DNA from: Dendrobates tinctorius
Taxonomy: Eukaryota
Reading direction: 5' to 3'
Length of the DNA: 64,000 bases
NCBI RefSeq assembly: GCF_039654945.1
Contig: NW_027361767.1
Coordinates: forward strand, 6,820,001-6,884,000
Part shown: positions 1-34,230 of the stretch, one piece after another
Layout: every line of letters begins with the position of its first letter
How positions within the stretch are numbered: the stretch's first letter is position 1
The notes under the pieces: model-generated
The model's input: only the letters and a program-made list of their open reading frames with translations
Databases searched by the model: none
What the model was told of the DNA's origin: nothing
Translations under genes and position numbers: made by a program

Positions 1-441
1 ACATATATATAGTCTGTGCTCGCATTTAATAAAGGATTTTGATATCTTTATACTACTTGGATTCGTTTGCTCCTTTTTTCTCCTAAATTTGTATGTTTAT
101 GGAGCGGAACATAATATTATGGCAGCTTAGTTCCATGGATTGCCGCATTGTTTTGTTGAAAGTATTGGGCTCATGTTTATTTCTAATGCATGGACCAGAC
201 ATGGGTCAAGACCCGAGCTCGTCAGCCATACAGGCATGTTTGGGGCCAGGATATCCGTGGCCGATTCGTGTATTGCCGTCTATACGCATCTGAATTCTCA
301 GCTTATGATTAGACAAGATGGCGAGACATCACCTGTGCGCCGCAAAGACATTACCCCAGCCTTGCTAGTCACACACCACTGCCATGGATGATGGATTAGT
401 GGATGAGGTGGTCGAGAGCAGTCTACTGTGGACTGACTCAC

Positions 442-21107
<20,666 letters not shown>

Positions 21108-21259
21108 CGCACAGGTGCAGAGGCTTGATCAATGTTTATCTGTGAGAGAGAAGAAGCCGATGACATTAGTTCTTTATCATTTGCAACATTTACCATAAAG
21201 CAGAATCTGACCCGATGGGCATATAAACATGGAAGACCTGTGCTGTAAGGACCAGCCGA

Positions 21260-22280
21260 TACCCGACATTGCCATTTCTGTGGGTGGTTCCACTATTACT
21301 CCCCAGCAACATGCCCGCTGTCTTGGGGTCATACTTGATTCTGAGCTTTCCTTTGCCCCCACATTCGATCACTGGCTCACTCTTGTCATCTGCACCTCAA
21401 AAACATTTCTAGAATTCGACCTTTTCTTACTTTTGAGTCTGCAAAAACTCTTACTGTTTCTCTTATTCATTCTCGCCTGGACTATTGTAACTCTCTTCTA
21501 ATCGGTCTCCCTCTTACCAAACTCTCCCCCCCTCCAATCTGTCTTGAATGCTGCAGCCAGGATCATATTCCTCACCAGTCGTTACACCGATGCCTCTACC
21601 TTGTGCCAGTCATTACACTGACTACCCATCCACTCCAGAATCCAGTATAAACTTATTACCCTCACCCACAAAACCCTCCATGGCTCAGCACCATCCTACA
21701 TCTCCTCCATCGTTTCAGTATACCACCCTACCCGCGCCCTCCATTCTGCTGATGACCTGAGGTTAGCATCCTCAATAGTCAGAACCTCCCACTCCCGTCT
21801 CCAAGACTATACACGTGCTGCGCCAATTCTTTGGAATGCACTTCCCAGGTCAATACGACTAGTCCCCAATCCCTACAATTTTAAGCGTGCCCTGAAAACG
21901 CATTTATTCAGACTGGCCTATCACCTCAACATATTAACCCAACTATCCCTGTGTGGCACAGCCAAAAGTTTTACCATAACCAGGTTCCCAGCATCATGTT
22001 CCCACATGCTTTATGCATCCATTAGCCCTCTGTGTTTGTACTGTTACACACTTAACATTATGGCTGGGCCATACAATCAGGGCCACTGTTACCACCCACC
22101 TTTCGTGTCTACCTCTTTCCTCATAGACTGTAAGCTTGCGAGCAGGGCCCTCATTCCTCTTAGTATCTGTTATGATCTATGTGATTATTGTTATGCTGTA
22201 ATGTCTATTGTCTGTACAAGTCCGCTCTGAAATGTAAAGTGCTGCGGAATATGTCGGCGCTATAGAAATAAAATTTATTA
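21260..22280 (+). mobile_element. L2/CR1-clade LINE 3' fragment
   Basis: Decayed RT C-terminus (RCLGVILDSELSF, LIHSRLDYCNSLL) plus a 3' tail gtaaagtgctgcggaatatgtcggcgctatagaaataaa. Confidence 0.85.
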
Positions 22281-23786
22281 TACAGTCTGCCATGACCTTG
22301 CCAAGCTCTGAGTTTTCAGCAACCCTTTAAAAAAAGTCTAAGCTCCACATTTCCTATAGCCCCCGAAACTACTGTACACATACCACATCATGACCCCAGG
22401 GGTGCTGGGATTATGGAGAGCTGGGAGGACCATGCCACAAAGCGAGGATGATGTAGAGAGCTCTCCGGCAGCCGCAGCCAGGGTTCCCGCAATATCTGCA
22501 CTGTCAGTATTCCTGGTGTAATTCAGCAATAATTGACCTTAGTCCAAGGGACGTAGACTGCAGCTTAAGCCCGAGCGTGCAAATCAATGGAGGGCACCAC
22601 CGGCCGCCTCCGTCTGACGGGCAGCCACTGCGGCTGCATACATAGCAGGCGTTACGGGTTTTGGATGATTTTTAGCAAATCCGATACAGACCAAAGAGAA
22701 GGACGAGGGGAGCCGATAAAGAAGAGCCCAGCAGAGGGCGCCCCAAACACACCAAAACACAGTCTGGACCAGGGGTCTCAAACCCAGAGAGGTCAACGGG
22801 CCTCAGTAAGAAAGAACACTTTACGTTGACAGGGGCTGCCTTCCTTGTGAGTTGAGATACAACTTTCAGTAATTTTTTATTCCACTTTTTGATCACTTTT
22901 CATTCTATTTTTCTCCGTCAGTGTAATGAAGACGACACTTTTTTTTTTTTAATTTACGCCGTTCATCATATGGGTCATAGTAGTTTTATATCCTGGGACG
23001 TTACGGACGAGTGTAGACAGACACTTTAATTTTTACATTAAAAAAAAAAAAAAAAAAAAAAAATTGTGGTGAAATATTTTGCTATTTGTATTATTTTTAC
23101 CCTTTATTTTTACAATTTTTCTTTTTCTCAACTACAGTAAGCGTTCATATGGCCCTGTAGCTTTTTCTCGCCCGATGGCTGTACTGTAGTGCGGCATATT
23201 AGATCTGTCAGCTTTCCGCCTGTTAGACCCTGCACGGTCTTACAGGCCACCGTAGCTGGCTGATCTCAATGCCATTGCTTAGCCTTGGGTGGCCATGGCA
23301 TCTACTGGAATGGCGCCAGCGTAGGCGTTTTACTTTAACGGGGGCAAACATTCAGACTGAGAAGGGATTCTACGAGTAGTGGACAACCCCTTTAAAGAGG
23401 CAAACAACTCTCTCAAATAAACCCCTTATATACTGCTGTCACTACTGACGGGGCCTCATGTGGCCTAGGCCTGCATGTCTGAGATCCCAGATCTGGAAGG
23501 ATTACATCACTAAAATCCACCAGCGGTCACTAGATCACACATTCCCCATATGTACAAGATCTACTGTTCCCATAGAGACCTATAAGTCTCCATGGTAACA
23601 GACTACGAGCAGACCCCGTGTAGTCAGATGCTGGATGCAACGAGACAAAATGTCACTGCTCCATACACCGTGTAGTGGCCATTTTTGGTACTGCAGCTCA
23701 ACTCGTATAGAAGTGAATGCGATCTGAGCGGAAGAATCGAAACCTCTAACGCAAACTCATTGCATCGATAAGGTGACATTCCTCAC

Positions 23787-24211
23787 CGATGCCCCAGGAC
23801 ATGGCCCTCCTAACTAGGCGTCTTCCTCGCTTGCTTTCGCCAGCATTAGCTCCGTCTAGAAAAGCTGCAGACGCTCCGCAACGGGCGCAGATCCCCGCCG
23901 CATGCACAATGCAGAGGAGGCAAATTAATCAAGAACAGGAAAAAAATGAAAATGATCAAGCAGCTCCCGGCTGGAGGCAGAAAATGAAAATGGAGCTGTC
24001 AGGTTACACGCAGCCGCCCACGCCACCGACCGTCACTGACTAAACACAGGAGAACGTTTGGTAGGTGCTCGCCGCCGCCATCCGACAGTAATGCTGCGAT
24101 TTATGGCACGGAGCGGGAGGGGGCGGCCGGCTCTTCCTGGCAGCTCCTTTTATATGGCACTGGGAGATTTAATTAAAGCAAAGAATCTGATTAACGCCCT
24201 TCTATGATTGG
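23787..24211 (-). promoter_or_regulatory. Candidate proximal SMARCA4 promoter / alternative non-coding first exon
   Basis: On the - strand: CCAAT 24207-24211, TATAAAAG 24147-24154, a CpG-rich stretch, then donor ATCG|gtgagg at 23787. Confidence 0.35.
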
Positions 24212-24674
24212 AGCGGGAAATTACTCGCACTTTGATGTCTTGCTTGCGTTAATTACAAGGCTGGGCCGCCAACGTCCAGGTACGGCACAATACAAATTAA
24301 ATTAGGATGGAGGAGAGATAAAACACAATCTGCTCTTCTCAAGGAGAAAGCACTAGGCGTCTCTAGAACAAGACGCTGCTTACCCAGATGAAGGGGAAAA
24401 GCACGAGGGAGAGAAGGGAAAAAAGCAGAAAAGAAGCTTCAAAAGAAAAGGCATTAATTATTGAACGATTTTTATCTGTGCCACAGAAAAGACACAGCGG
24501 CGAGAGGCGGCTCAACGAACGGCGGCGCGGTCTGCTGCTACTCCCCTCCCTCTACAGGCTGCTGCAACCATCGGCCTATGTGCCCCCTCCAGGCTGATAA
24601 AACGGCCTCCTCCGCTGTCCCCCCTTACCAATGCAACCCCTCCAGGCCTCTGCTGCTGCGCCTCCTCAAGGCCC

Positions 24675-25250
24675 ACACAACCGTTGGCCTCCTCCGCTGT
24701 CCCCTCCACGGGCCGACACAACCGTTGGCCTCCTCCGCTGTCCCCTCCACGGGCCGACACAACCGTTGGCCTCCTCCGCTGTCCCCTCCACGGGCCGACA
24801 CAACCGTTGGCCTCCTCCGCTGTCCCCTCCACGGGCCGACACAACCGTTGGCCTCCTCCGCTGTCCCCTCCACGGGCCGACACAACCGTTGGCCTCCTCC
24901 GCTGTCCCCTCCACGGGCCGACACAACCGTTGGCCTCCTCCGCTGACCCCTCCACGGGCCGACACAACCGTTGGCCTCCTCCGCTGACCCCTCCACGGGC
25001 CGACACAACCGTTGGCCTCCTCCGCTGACCCCTCCACAGGCCGACAACCGTTGGCCTCCTCCGTTGTCACCTCCACGGGCCGACACAACCGTTGGCCTCC
25101 TCCGCTGTCCCCTCCATGGGCCGACACAACCGTTGGCCTCCTCCGCTGTCCCCTCCATGGGCCGACACAACCGTTGGCCTCCTCCGCTGTCCCCTCCATG
25201 GGCCGACACAACCGTTGGCCTCCTCCGCTGTCCCCACCCCCAGGCCGATG
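24675..25250. repeat. 41-bp GC-rich minisatellite (about 14 copies, degenerate flanks to about 24530-25610)
   Basis: Unit cacaaccgttggcctcctccgctgtcccctccacgggccga. Confidence 0.95.
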
Positions 25251-28200
25251 CAACTCCTCCAGACCAACGCAAGCATTGGCCTCCGCTGCTGTGCCTCCTC
25301 AAGGACAACGTAGCCGTTGGTCTCCTCCGCTGTCCCCTCACCCACTCCAGGCTGACATAACCATTGACCTCTTCCGCTGTCCCCCCTCAGGCCTACGCAA
25401 CCACTGGCTTCCGCTGCTGCATATCCCCCAGGCCAATGAAACAATTAACTTCCTCCACCGTCCTCCCCCCCCCCCCCCCCCCGAAGCCAATGCAACCCCT
25501 CCAGGCCAACAACTATTAGCTTCCGCTGTCCACCCCCCTCTAGGCCCACGCAAACAGTTGCCTCCGCTGCTGCACCATCCTTAAGGCTGACGCAACCGTT
25601 GGCCTCCGAACCCACCCTGCCTTTTTTTTATGATGGGACTATTTACATTCTTTTTTTTTTATTTTTCCTTGCTTATCCAGATGTTGTAGACTAAGTTGTG
25701 AAATGTGACTTTTACCAAATGTCACATTTTTTTTTTTTTTTTTTTGGGGGGGGAAGCGTTGGGGGATCAATCCTCATTCCTGTCCGTGCCCAGAGTAACA
25801 TTACTGGAAGAGTTTTCAAGTTGAGTTTTTTTAAATCGCTAATTTTTAAAGGACTTATGACCACTGGAAAGTTTCAAAAGAAGAACGGGTAAAGAAAAAC
25901 AAAAAGCATGTTAATTCTCCGCTGAATTCATAGAGCGTGCGCGCCATTTTTAAAAATTTGTCGCGGAACAAAGTTGGCGAATGCAATAAGACAATAAATA
26001 AGAAACATGACTTCAAGAAATAACAAATGATGACTAGAATATTTAAAGGAAGAGCCGGAAGCGACCCATGCAGTGGATGGAGGGCAGGTGAATGGCACGA
26101 GGAGTAGTAATCCCTGGTACTATGGATAAATCATAAATAAGGGGACGGTAGCCTGCAATGCCCGGCACACGGGCACAGATGGCAGGAGGATATAGAAGGA
26201 AGAAAGCTCCAAGAGCTGGTACAGAACAATGGTGCCATTCTGCTCAGTCACCTCCATTATTCCTCCTTTTCACCCTCTGACAACGGCTTTTTTTGGGAGC
26301 ATCAGGGACAGAAAACTACAAAAGTCGACAATAGGGGAGAACCACAAAGGATGACCACGCAACCTGCAATGCCATAAATTGTGCAAGACCCCATTAAAGT
26401 GAATGGGGGGGGGGGGGGCGAGTACTGGATGTGCAGGGAATGCGTACACCGGGATTCTGCTCTAAGCCAGCGCTGCAGCCGCTGATTCAGTGGAGGACGG
26501 ACCTCCACAGATCATAAAATGATGGCATGCAGGGGTACATGGGGAGTCCTACAGAAGATGGGTACCCACCTGTAAGAAAGGCAAGATCTATCAACTGGAC
26601 GTTGTCAGGTGCAAGGGGGGGGTCAACTGAGGACCTGCCTACCACCAACAACCCCACAATCAACCCCCTTTCCTGAGAAATAAGCACCAAGGAAGCACTA
26701 CCCCTCGAGCCACCAGGACCGCCTACCAGCTACCCCCCCAACCACTGAGGCCACAACCTGTTACCACCTCGAGCCACCAGCTACCCCTCCCCATAGCACA
26801 AGGGCTGTTACCAACTACTCTTCAACCCTGAGAAACCAGGGCCGCTTGCAGCACACCTCGTTCCTTGAGCCACCGAGGACTCTAGCAGAATCCCATCCCC
26901 TCCCCCAAGCCACCAGGGCCAGTACTAGAGCTCCCCCTTCTGAGCCACCAGTGCCGCTACCAGCTTCACCCCCCCATGGGCCACCAGCTAAGCCCCCAAC
27001 CACCTGGGCTACCACCAGGATCTCTATCAGCCAAACCCCCCCCACCAGAATGGCTACTGGCATCATCCCACCCCCAGGGCCACTACAAGCAACAGACTGA
27101 TGTCAGGTGGTATAAATGAACCCACAGACCAAGAGGAACCATTGACGATCATCTTCCAATTGCACTGACAAAAGTGATGACAGATGTCACACCAATTCCT
27201 TCAGCGCCATTGTGAAGGAGCCCTTAAACTAAGAGATGTGTTGTGACGCAGATTTACGTTAGCATTGCCTGTATCCGTTACTGCCAATAGCATTCGCCAA
27301 CATCCTAGAGTGTATGGGGCAGACATGGGGGAAACCAAGGGGCCAACAACCCGCTTCTAAGATGGACTATGTGTCCTGCAGCTGCCGGCCCCCCTCTCCC
27401 CCTGCAAGCGGCCATACACAAGCCCAACGGACCAATCGTCTAATGCTTACGATGACGTCTCGACAGCAGAATCTCAGCGTTGTCCTCGGAGGAGTCTAGC
27501 GGCAGCTTACGCTTCACCCCCACCGACTACAGGAGCACACTCCACCAAATCGAGTACGCATGTGTATGGTGGAGTCGGAAGGAATAGAGGCGATACGACC
27601 ACCTTTAGTCTTGGGTCTTAGGCCACCACCTGGTCTAGAAATAACCTGTGACCACCTACAGCCCCTGGAAACAAGAGGGTCTAGACATAGCACAAGATCA
27701 AGTATGTTACCGGCACCATAAAGAGGACCACCATAGTGACCAAGTCTTCCCCTGCCCATCATGCCTGCATCCTCCTTATTTGCATCCCACATGCCCCAGA
27801 TAAACCAATGGGCATAATGTGTTACAGTCTGGGCAGATGCCAGTCATGCCGCACACCGGTCATCTACACGGTATAACGGTCATCTATGGCTCCAGGCATC
27901 TGCCCTTTATTACGCTCTGCCTTGTAATGTCCAACCAGTGGACAGGTGCAGCAATAAGCAGCCAACGCCGCCAGCCTGGCACCACGATGCCGTCCGGATC
28001 CAGGAGCCATCTAGGAATAGTCGCCAGTCACCATCCAGCAAATACCGGCTACTCCAGACATGCCGTATACACTGCGGGCACACAGAATGGCGCTGCCATG
28101 GCACCTCCATACCGAGGAGCACTACCAGTCGATCCCAACCATTCCCATGCCGGTGCCACCCAGCGCCCATCTCCATCACGGCTGGCACGACATCCGCAGG

Positions 28201-28615
28201 TCTGCCCATAGTGACCCCGCCAACCAGTGCCACTCAGTTCACCCCAGGGGCACGGTGACCCGGCGACTTGCCCAACGTAGGCACCAAAAACTAAGGTCAA
28301 CGCCAACTTTTGGGGCAGAGCGGGCAACTTACAGAAAGTACAGACATGATGGATTTCCATAGGAGAGGGGGGCACATGATGCCACAAGCAATGGCAGTGC
28401 CCAGTGTCACCCACCCTGCCCCACACAGGAGGTGAGTGCCAGCCCTGCCCCCAGCACCCCAATACCTGGAGCTCCTCGCTGCAATCAGGCCCCTTTGTCC
28501 CGGCTGCACCTCCCACTACCCGCCCACTTCATTCAATGACTGCCCAGCCCGCTCCCCTCCTCCTCTCCGGCCGGGCACAGCGCCCTCTAGAGGCCGAGCC
28601 GCCCCCGCCGCTCAC

Positions 28616-28830
28616 CTCTCTACACCGCCGGCAGCCACCGTTCTCCGGGACTCAGCCGGCTGCAGCCCCCTTCCCACGGCCAACACTGTGCTCACTGCTC
28701 AACTAAGCTGTGCTCCCCTCCCCCTCCGCTTTATATACTCCAAGCGCGGCATGGGCGGCGTGACGTCACGACGTTGCTCCCTCTTTGTCCTATAGAGAAA
28801 AAGGATGGCATTGATTGCCATGGAGACGGC
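28616..28830 (-). promoter_or_regulatory. Candidate SMARCA4 promoter and non-coding exon 1
   Basis: CpG-rich; CRE TGACGTCA 28761-28768; TATATAAA on the - strand 28730-28737; X-box-like ATTGCCATGGAGAC 28814-28827; strong donor GAG|gtgagc at 28616. Confidence 0.6.
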
Positions 28831-29989
28831 TGGGGGAAGCAGCCGCCATCTTTAATAAGGGCAGGTGCCGCTTGGTAGGCTTCACAGTCACAAGATGCCC
28901 CTTTTCAAGTGTTTTCATTAACTCTATAACAACCATGTTGGAAAAGTAATTTTGGCATCTTCCATGTGACTTGTGTGTAACCCCATGCGGGGAGCGAGGG
29001 GCGCTGTTCCTTATATAACGAGCCCATTATTAGCGATCGTACCCGTAATGCATGTCCCGGGTGTGTGACTGGGGTTTCCCAAATGGAAGCGTTCTGTACC
29101 GATCTCCAGCGCCTTCATGAAATGAAAACATGCGAATCATTAGGATTAGTCCCCGTCTTCCACCGTTACGCCCCGTTCACACTTCCTTTATGCCGTCCAG
29201 TGCGGACCACCGTGGCAGGTAGTCTTCTCTTCTGTATGCTTAGATTGTCATTTTGAGGGGGCTCGGTAGGTTCTGTGACATCTCGGGGTCTAGTAAGGGA
29301 CAGGGTGGTGGGCCGCGGGGGGGGAGGCCGCCTGTCCCGGTGGTCCGTACTGGATACCAGATCAGGGCAGTGCTGGGCGAATTGCTTGTCTCCTGTTTTT
29401 CCCATATAAAAAGATTGTCCAGTCAGAAGTCATCACAACTGTACGGGACAGGCGACAGCTTACTGGGACCAGTGGATCCTGGACAATCGGCAGAGCGGGG
29501 CACCTTTATGCACGTTTCAATGGAGCAGTGCACACGCCCAACCGCTGCACCATTCATCCTCTATGGGACTGGCAGAAAAACTTCACAGCCCCATTGGTAA
29601 TGAATGGAGTTGGGGAAGGGCAGGCACACAGGGTCAGACTGAAGAACATTGGGCCCACCAGAGGACTTGATTGTGAGGGCCCCACTCAAGGTTTGCGCTA
29701 TGAATTCTCCTGAAGAAGAAGCCAGGGCCCACTGGAGGATTCTCCACTTCTCTGGTGGGTCAGTCCAACTCTGCGGGCACGTGGCTCCATTGTAACGGGC
29801 ATAAAGGAACCCCGCTCTGCTGATTGTCTGGGATCCACTGGTCCCAGTAAGCTAGTGTCTACCCCACAGAGGGAAGAGACGTCGCCTTTGCTGGTCGACC
29901 CCTTCACGTTACCCTCTGTACACTGGGTAGGGGATAGCTTTCTGTTTGGTACATGTCCGACTGCTTGGACCCCTCGAGATCAGGACTTC

Positions 29990-32900
29990 GCGCATTGCAC
30001 TGACCCCTATGTCTAGATCAGAGGGTGTCTCAGAGATCAGACCCCGGGCCGTGCACTGACCCCTATGTCTACATCAGGGGGTGTCCCAGAGATTAGGACC
30101 TCAGGCAGTGCAGTGACCCCCTATGTCTACATCAGGGGGTGTCCCAGAGATTAGGACCTCGAGCCGTGCAGTGACCCCTATGTCTACATCAAGGAGTGTC
30201 CCAGAGATTAGGACCTCGAGCCGTGCAGTGACCCCCTATGTCTAGATCAGGGGGTGTCCCAGAGATTAGGACCTCGAGCCGTGCAGTGACCCCTATGTCT
30301 ACATCAAGGAGTGTCCCAGAGATTAGGACCTCGAGCCGTGCAGTGACCCCCTATGTCTACATCAAGGAGTGTCCCAGAGATTAGGACCTCGAGCCGTGCA
30401 GTGACCCCTATGTCTACATCAGGGGGTGTCCCAGAGATTAGGACCTCGAGCCGTGCAGTGACCCCTATGTCTACATCAAGGAGTGTCCCAGAGATTAGGA
30501 CCTCGAGCCGTGCAGTGACCCCCTATGTCTACATCAGGGGGTGTCCCAGAGATCGGACCTCGGGCAGTGCAGTGACCCCCTATGTCTAGATCAGGGGGTG
30601 TCTCAGAGATTAGGACCTCAGGCAGTGCAGTGACCCCCTATGTCTACATCAGGGGGTGTCCCAGAGATTAGGACCTCGAGCCGTGCAGTGACCCCTATGT
30701 CTACATCAAGGAGTGTCCCAGAGATTAGGACCTCGAGCCGTGCAGTGACCCCCTATGTCTACATCAGGGGGTGTCCCAGAGATTAGGACCTCGAGCCGTG
30801 CAGTGACCCCTATGTCTACATCAAGGAGTGTCCCAGAGATTAGGACCTCGAGCCGTGCAGTGACCCCCTATGTCTACATCAGGGGGTGTCCCAGAGATCG
30901 GACCTCAAGCCGTGCAGTGACCCCTATGTCTACATCAAGGAGTGTCCCAGAGATTAGGACCTCGAGCCGTGCAGTGACCCCTATGGCTACATCAGGGGGT
31001 GTCCCAGAGATCGGACCTCGAGCCGTGCAGTGACCCCTATGTCTACATCAAGGAGTGTCCCAGAGATTAGGACCTCGAGCCGTGCAGTGACCCCTATGTC
31101 TACATCAGGGGTGTCTCAGAGATTAGGATCTCGGGCAGTGCAGTGACCCCCTATGTCTAGATCAGGGGGTGTCCCAGAGATCGGACCTTGAGCCATGCAG
31201 TGACCCCTATGTCTACATCAGGGGGTGTCCCACAGAGATCGGACCTCGAGCCGTGCAGTGACCCCCTATGTCTACATCAAGGAGCGTCCCAGAGATCGGA
31301 CCTCGAGCCGTGCAGTGACCCCCTATGTCTACATCAGGGGGTGTCCCAGAGATCGGACCTCGAGCCGTGCAGTGACCCCCTATGTCTACATCAAGGAGTG
31401 TCCCAGAGATCGGACCTCGAGCCGTGCAGTGACCCCTATGTCTAGATATGGGGGTGTCCCAGAGATCGGACCTTGAGCCGTGCAGTGACCCCTATGTCTA
31501 CATCAGGGGGTGTCCCAGAGATCGGACCTCGAGCCGTGCAGTGACCCCCTATGTCTACATCAAGGAGTGTCCCAGAGATAGGACCTCGAGCCGTGCAGTG
31601 ACCCCTATGTCTAGATCAGGGGGTGTCCCAGAGATCGGACCTCGAGCCGTGCAGTGACCCCTGTGTCTACATCAGGGGGTGTCCCAGAGATTGGACCTCG
31701 AGCCGTGCAGTGACCCCTATGTCTAGATCAGAGGGTGTCCCAGAGATCGGACCTCAAGCCGTGCAGTGACCCCTATGTCTACATTAGGGGGTGTCCCAGA
31801 GATCGGACCTCGAGCCGTGCAGTGACCCCTATGTCTACATCAGGGGGTGTCCCAGAGATCGTACCTCGAGCCGTGCAGTGACCCCCTATGTCTAGATATG
31901 GGGGTGTCCCAGAGATCGGACCTCGAGCCGTGCAGTGACCCCTGTGTCTACATCAGGGGGTGTCCCAGAGATCGGACCTCGAGCCGTGCAGTGACCCCTA
32001 TGTCTAGATCAGGGGGTGTCCCAGAGATCGGACCTCGAGCCGTGCAGTGACCCCTATGTCTACATTAGGGGGTGTCCCAGAGATCGGACCTCGAGCCGTG
32101 CAGTGACCCCTATGTCTACATCAGGGGGTGTCCCAGAGATCGTACCTCGAGCCGTGCAGTGACCCCCTATGTCTAGATATGGGGGTGTCCCAGAGATTAG
32201 GACCTCGGGCCGTGCAGTGACCCCCTATGTCTACATCAGGGGGTGTCCCAGAGATTAGGACCTCGAGTCGTGCAGTGACCCCTATGTCTACATCAGGGGG
32301 TGTCCCAGAGATTAGGACCTCGAGTCGTGCAGTGACCCCTATGTCTACATCAGGGGGTGTCCCAGAGATTAGGACCTCGAGTCGTGCAGTGACCCCCTAT
32401 GTCTACATCAGGGGGTGTCCCAGAGATTAGGACCTCGAGTCGTGCAGTGACCCCTATGTCTACATCAGGGGGTGTCCCAGAGATTAGGACCTCGAGTCGT
32501 GCAGTGACCCCTATGTCTACATCAGGGGGTGTCCCAGAGATTAGGACCTCGAGTCGTGCAGTGACCCCTATGTCTACATCAGGGGGTGTCCCAGAGATCG
32601 GACCTCGAGTCGTGCAGTGACCCCTATGTCTACATCAGGGGGTGTCCCAGAGATGGGACCTCGAGCCGTGCAGTGACCCCTATGTCTACATCAGGGGGTG
32701 TCCCAGAGATTAGGACCTCGAGTCGTGCAGTGACCCCCTATGTCTACATCAGGGGGTGTCCCAGAGATTAGGACCTCGAGTCGTGCAGTGACCCCCTATG
32801 TCTACATCAGGGGGTGTCCCAGAGATTAGGACCTCGAGTCGTGCAGTGACCCCCTATGTCTACATCAGGGGGTGTCCCAGAGATTAGGACCTCGAGTCGT

Positions 32901-33690
32901 GCAGTGACCCCTATGTCTACATCAGGGGGTGTCCCAGAGATGGGACCTCGAGTCGTGCAGTGACCCCTATGTCTACATCAGGGGGTGTCCCAGAGATTAG
33001 GACCTCGAGTCGTGCAGTGACCCCTATGTCTACATCAGGGGGTGTCCCAGAGATGGGACCTCGAGCCGTGCAGTGACCCCTATGTCTACATCAGGGGGTG
33101 TCCCAGAGGTCGGACCTCGAGTCGTGCAGTGACCCCTATGTCTACATCAGGGGGTGTCCCAGAGATTAGGACCTCGAGTCGTGCAGTGACCCCTATGTCT
33201 ACATCAGGGGGTGTCCCAGAGATGGGACCTCGAGTCGTGCAGTGACCCCTATGTCTACATCAGGGGGTGTCCCAGAGATCGGACCTCGAGTTGTGCAGTG
33301 ACCCCTATGTCTACATCAGGGGGTGTCCCAGAGATGGGACCTCGAGCCGTGCAGTGACCCCTATGTCTACATCAGGGGGTGTCCCAGAGATTAGGACCTC
33401 GAGTCGTGCAGTGACCCCCTATGTCTACATCAGGGGGTGTCCCAGAGATTAGGACCTCGAGTCGTGCAGTGACCCCCTATGTCTACATCAGGGGGTGTCC
33501 CAGAGATTAGGACCTCGAGTCGTGCAGTGACCCCTATGTCTACATCAGGGGGTGTCCCAGAGATGGGACCTCGAGCCGTGCAGTGACCCCTATGTCTACA
33601 TCAGGGGGTGTCCCAGAGGTCGGACCTCGAGCCGTGCAGTGACCCCCTATGTCTACATCAGGGGGTGTCCCAGAGGTCGGACCCCCACAG
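29990..33690. repeat. 56-58-bp tandem satellite, about 3.7 kb (roughly 64 units)
   Basis: Unit gacccctatgtctacatcagggggtgtcccagagattaggacctcgagccgtgcagt. Confidence 0.97.
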
Positions 33691-34009
33691 ATCATTGAAT
33701 GTTGGGATTGGGGGTTGTCGGAGGACACTGGCTGTTCAGCCGTAGCCACTTTTCACCACGATTTTCTCTCCAGCTCCTTTAACAGAAACCATGAAATAAT
33801 CAGTTTTTATTATTTTATTTTTATGGTCCCTGTTTCATGTTTTTTTGCTTCCACCGACTATAAATAAAGTTATTACTTCCTGAATTGTTTTTATTCATGA
33901 CCTTAGTGGAGATTTCCTAACCCCCACGCGTGTTTATTACAGGACAGCGTCTCTAGTCCTCAGGTAACTTCTCCTCACAGCCTTTGTTTCCACAAGAATG
34001 GAGCGGCCT

Positions 34010-34230
34010 CCCTAACCAAGATGGCGGCGCAGGCCTCAGCACGCCGGCCACGTGACACCGAGGGGCGTGACAAAGGGGGGCTGGAGAATGAGTAAGGGGC
34101 GTGTCCACTCATTCATTCGCCGGCTGCCAATCAGCTGCTGGATGCGGCGTCTCACAATCTCGGGCGAGGCTTGAACCGCACTGGGCGAGAGTGACGCATG
34201 CGCAGTCAGTGCTCCACTGCGGCTGAGGAG
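34010..34230. promoter_or_regulatory. TATA-less CpG promoter-like element, target unassigned
   Basis: YY1 AAGATGGCGGC 34018-34028; E-box CACGTG 34049-34054; CCAAT 34127-34131; NRF1-like ACGCATGCGCA 34194-34204. Confidence 0.5.

Noticed and set aside
24461-25584. Many overlapping 100-240 aa ORFs on both strands
   Set aside because: Stop-free GC-rich 41-bp minisatellite; no domain content.
26300-28600. Pro/Thr-rich short ORFs
   Set aside because: Low-complexity C-rich intronic sequence; no recognisable domain or consistent exon chain.
29990-33690. CRISPR-like regular repeat array and repetitive ORFs
   Set aside because: Contiguous tandem units with no unique spacers, no cas genes and a eukaryotic context.
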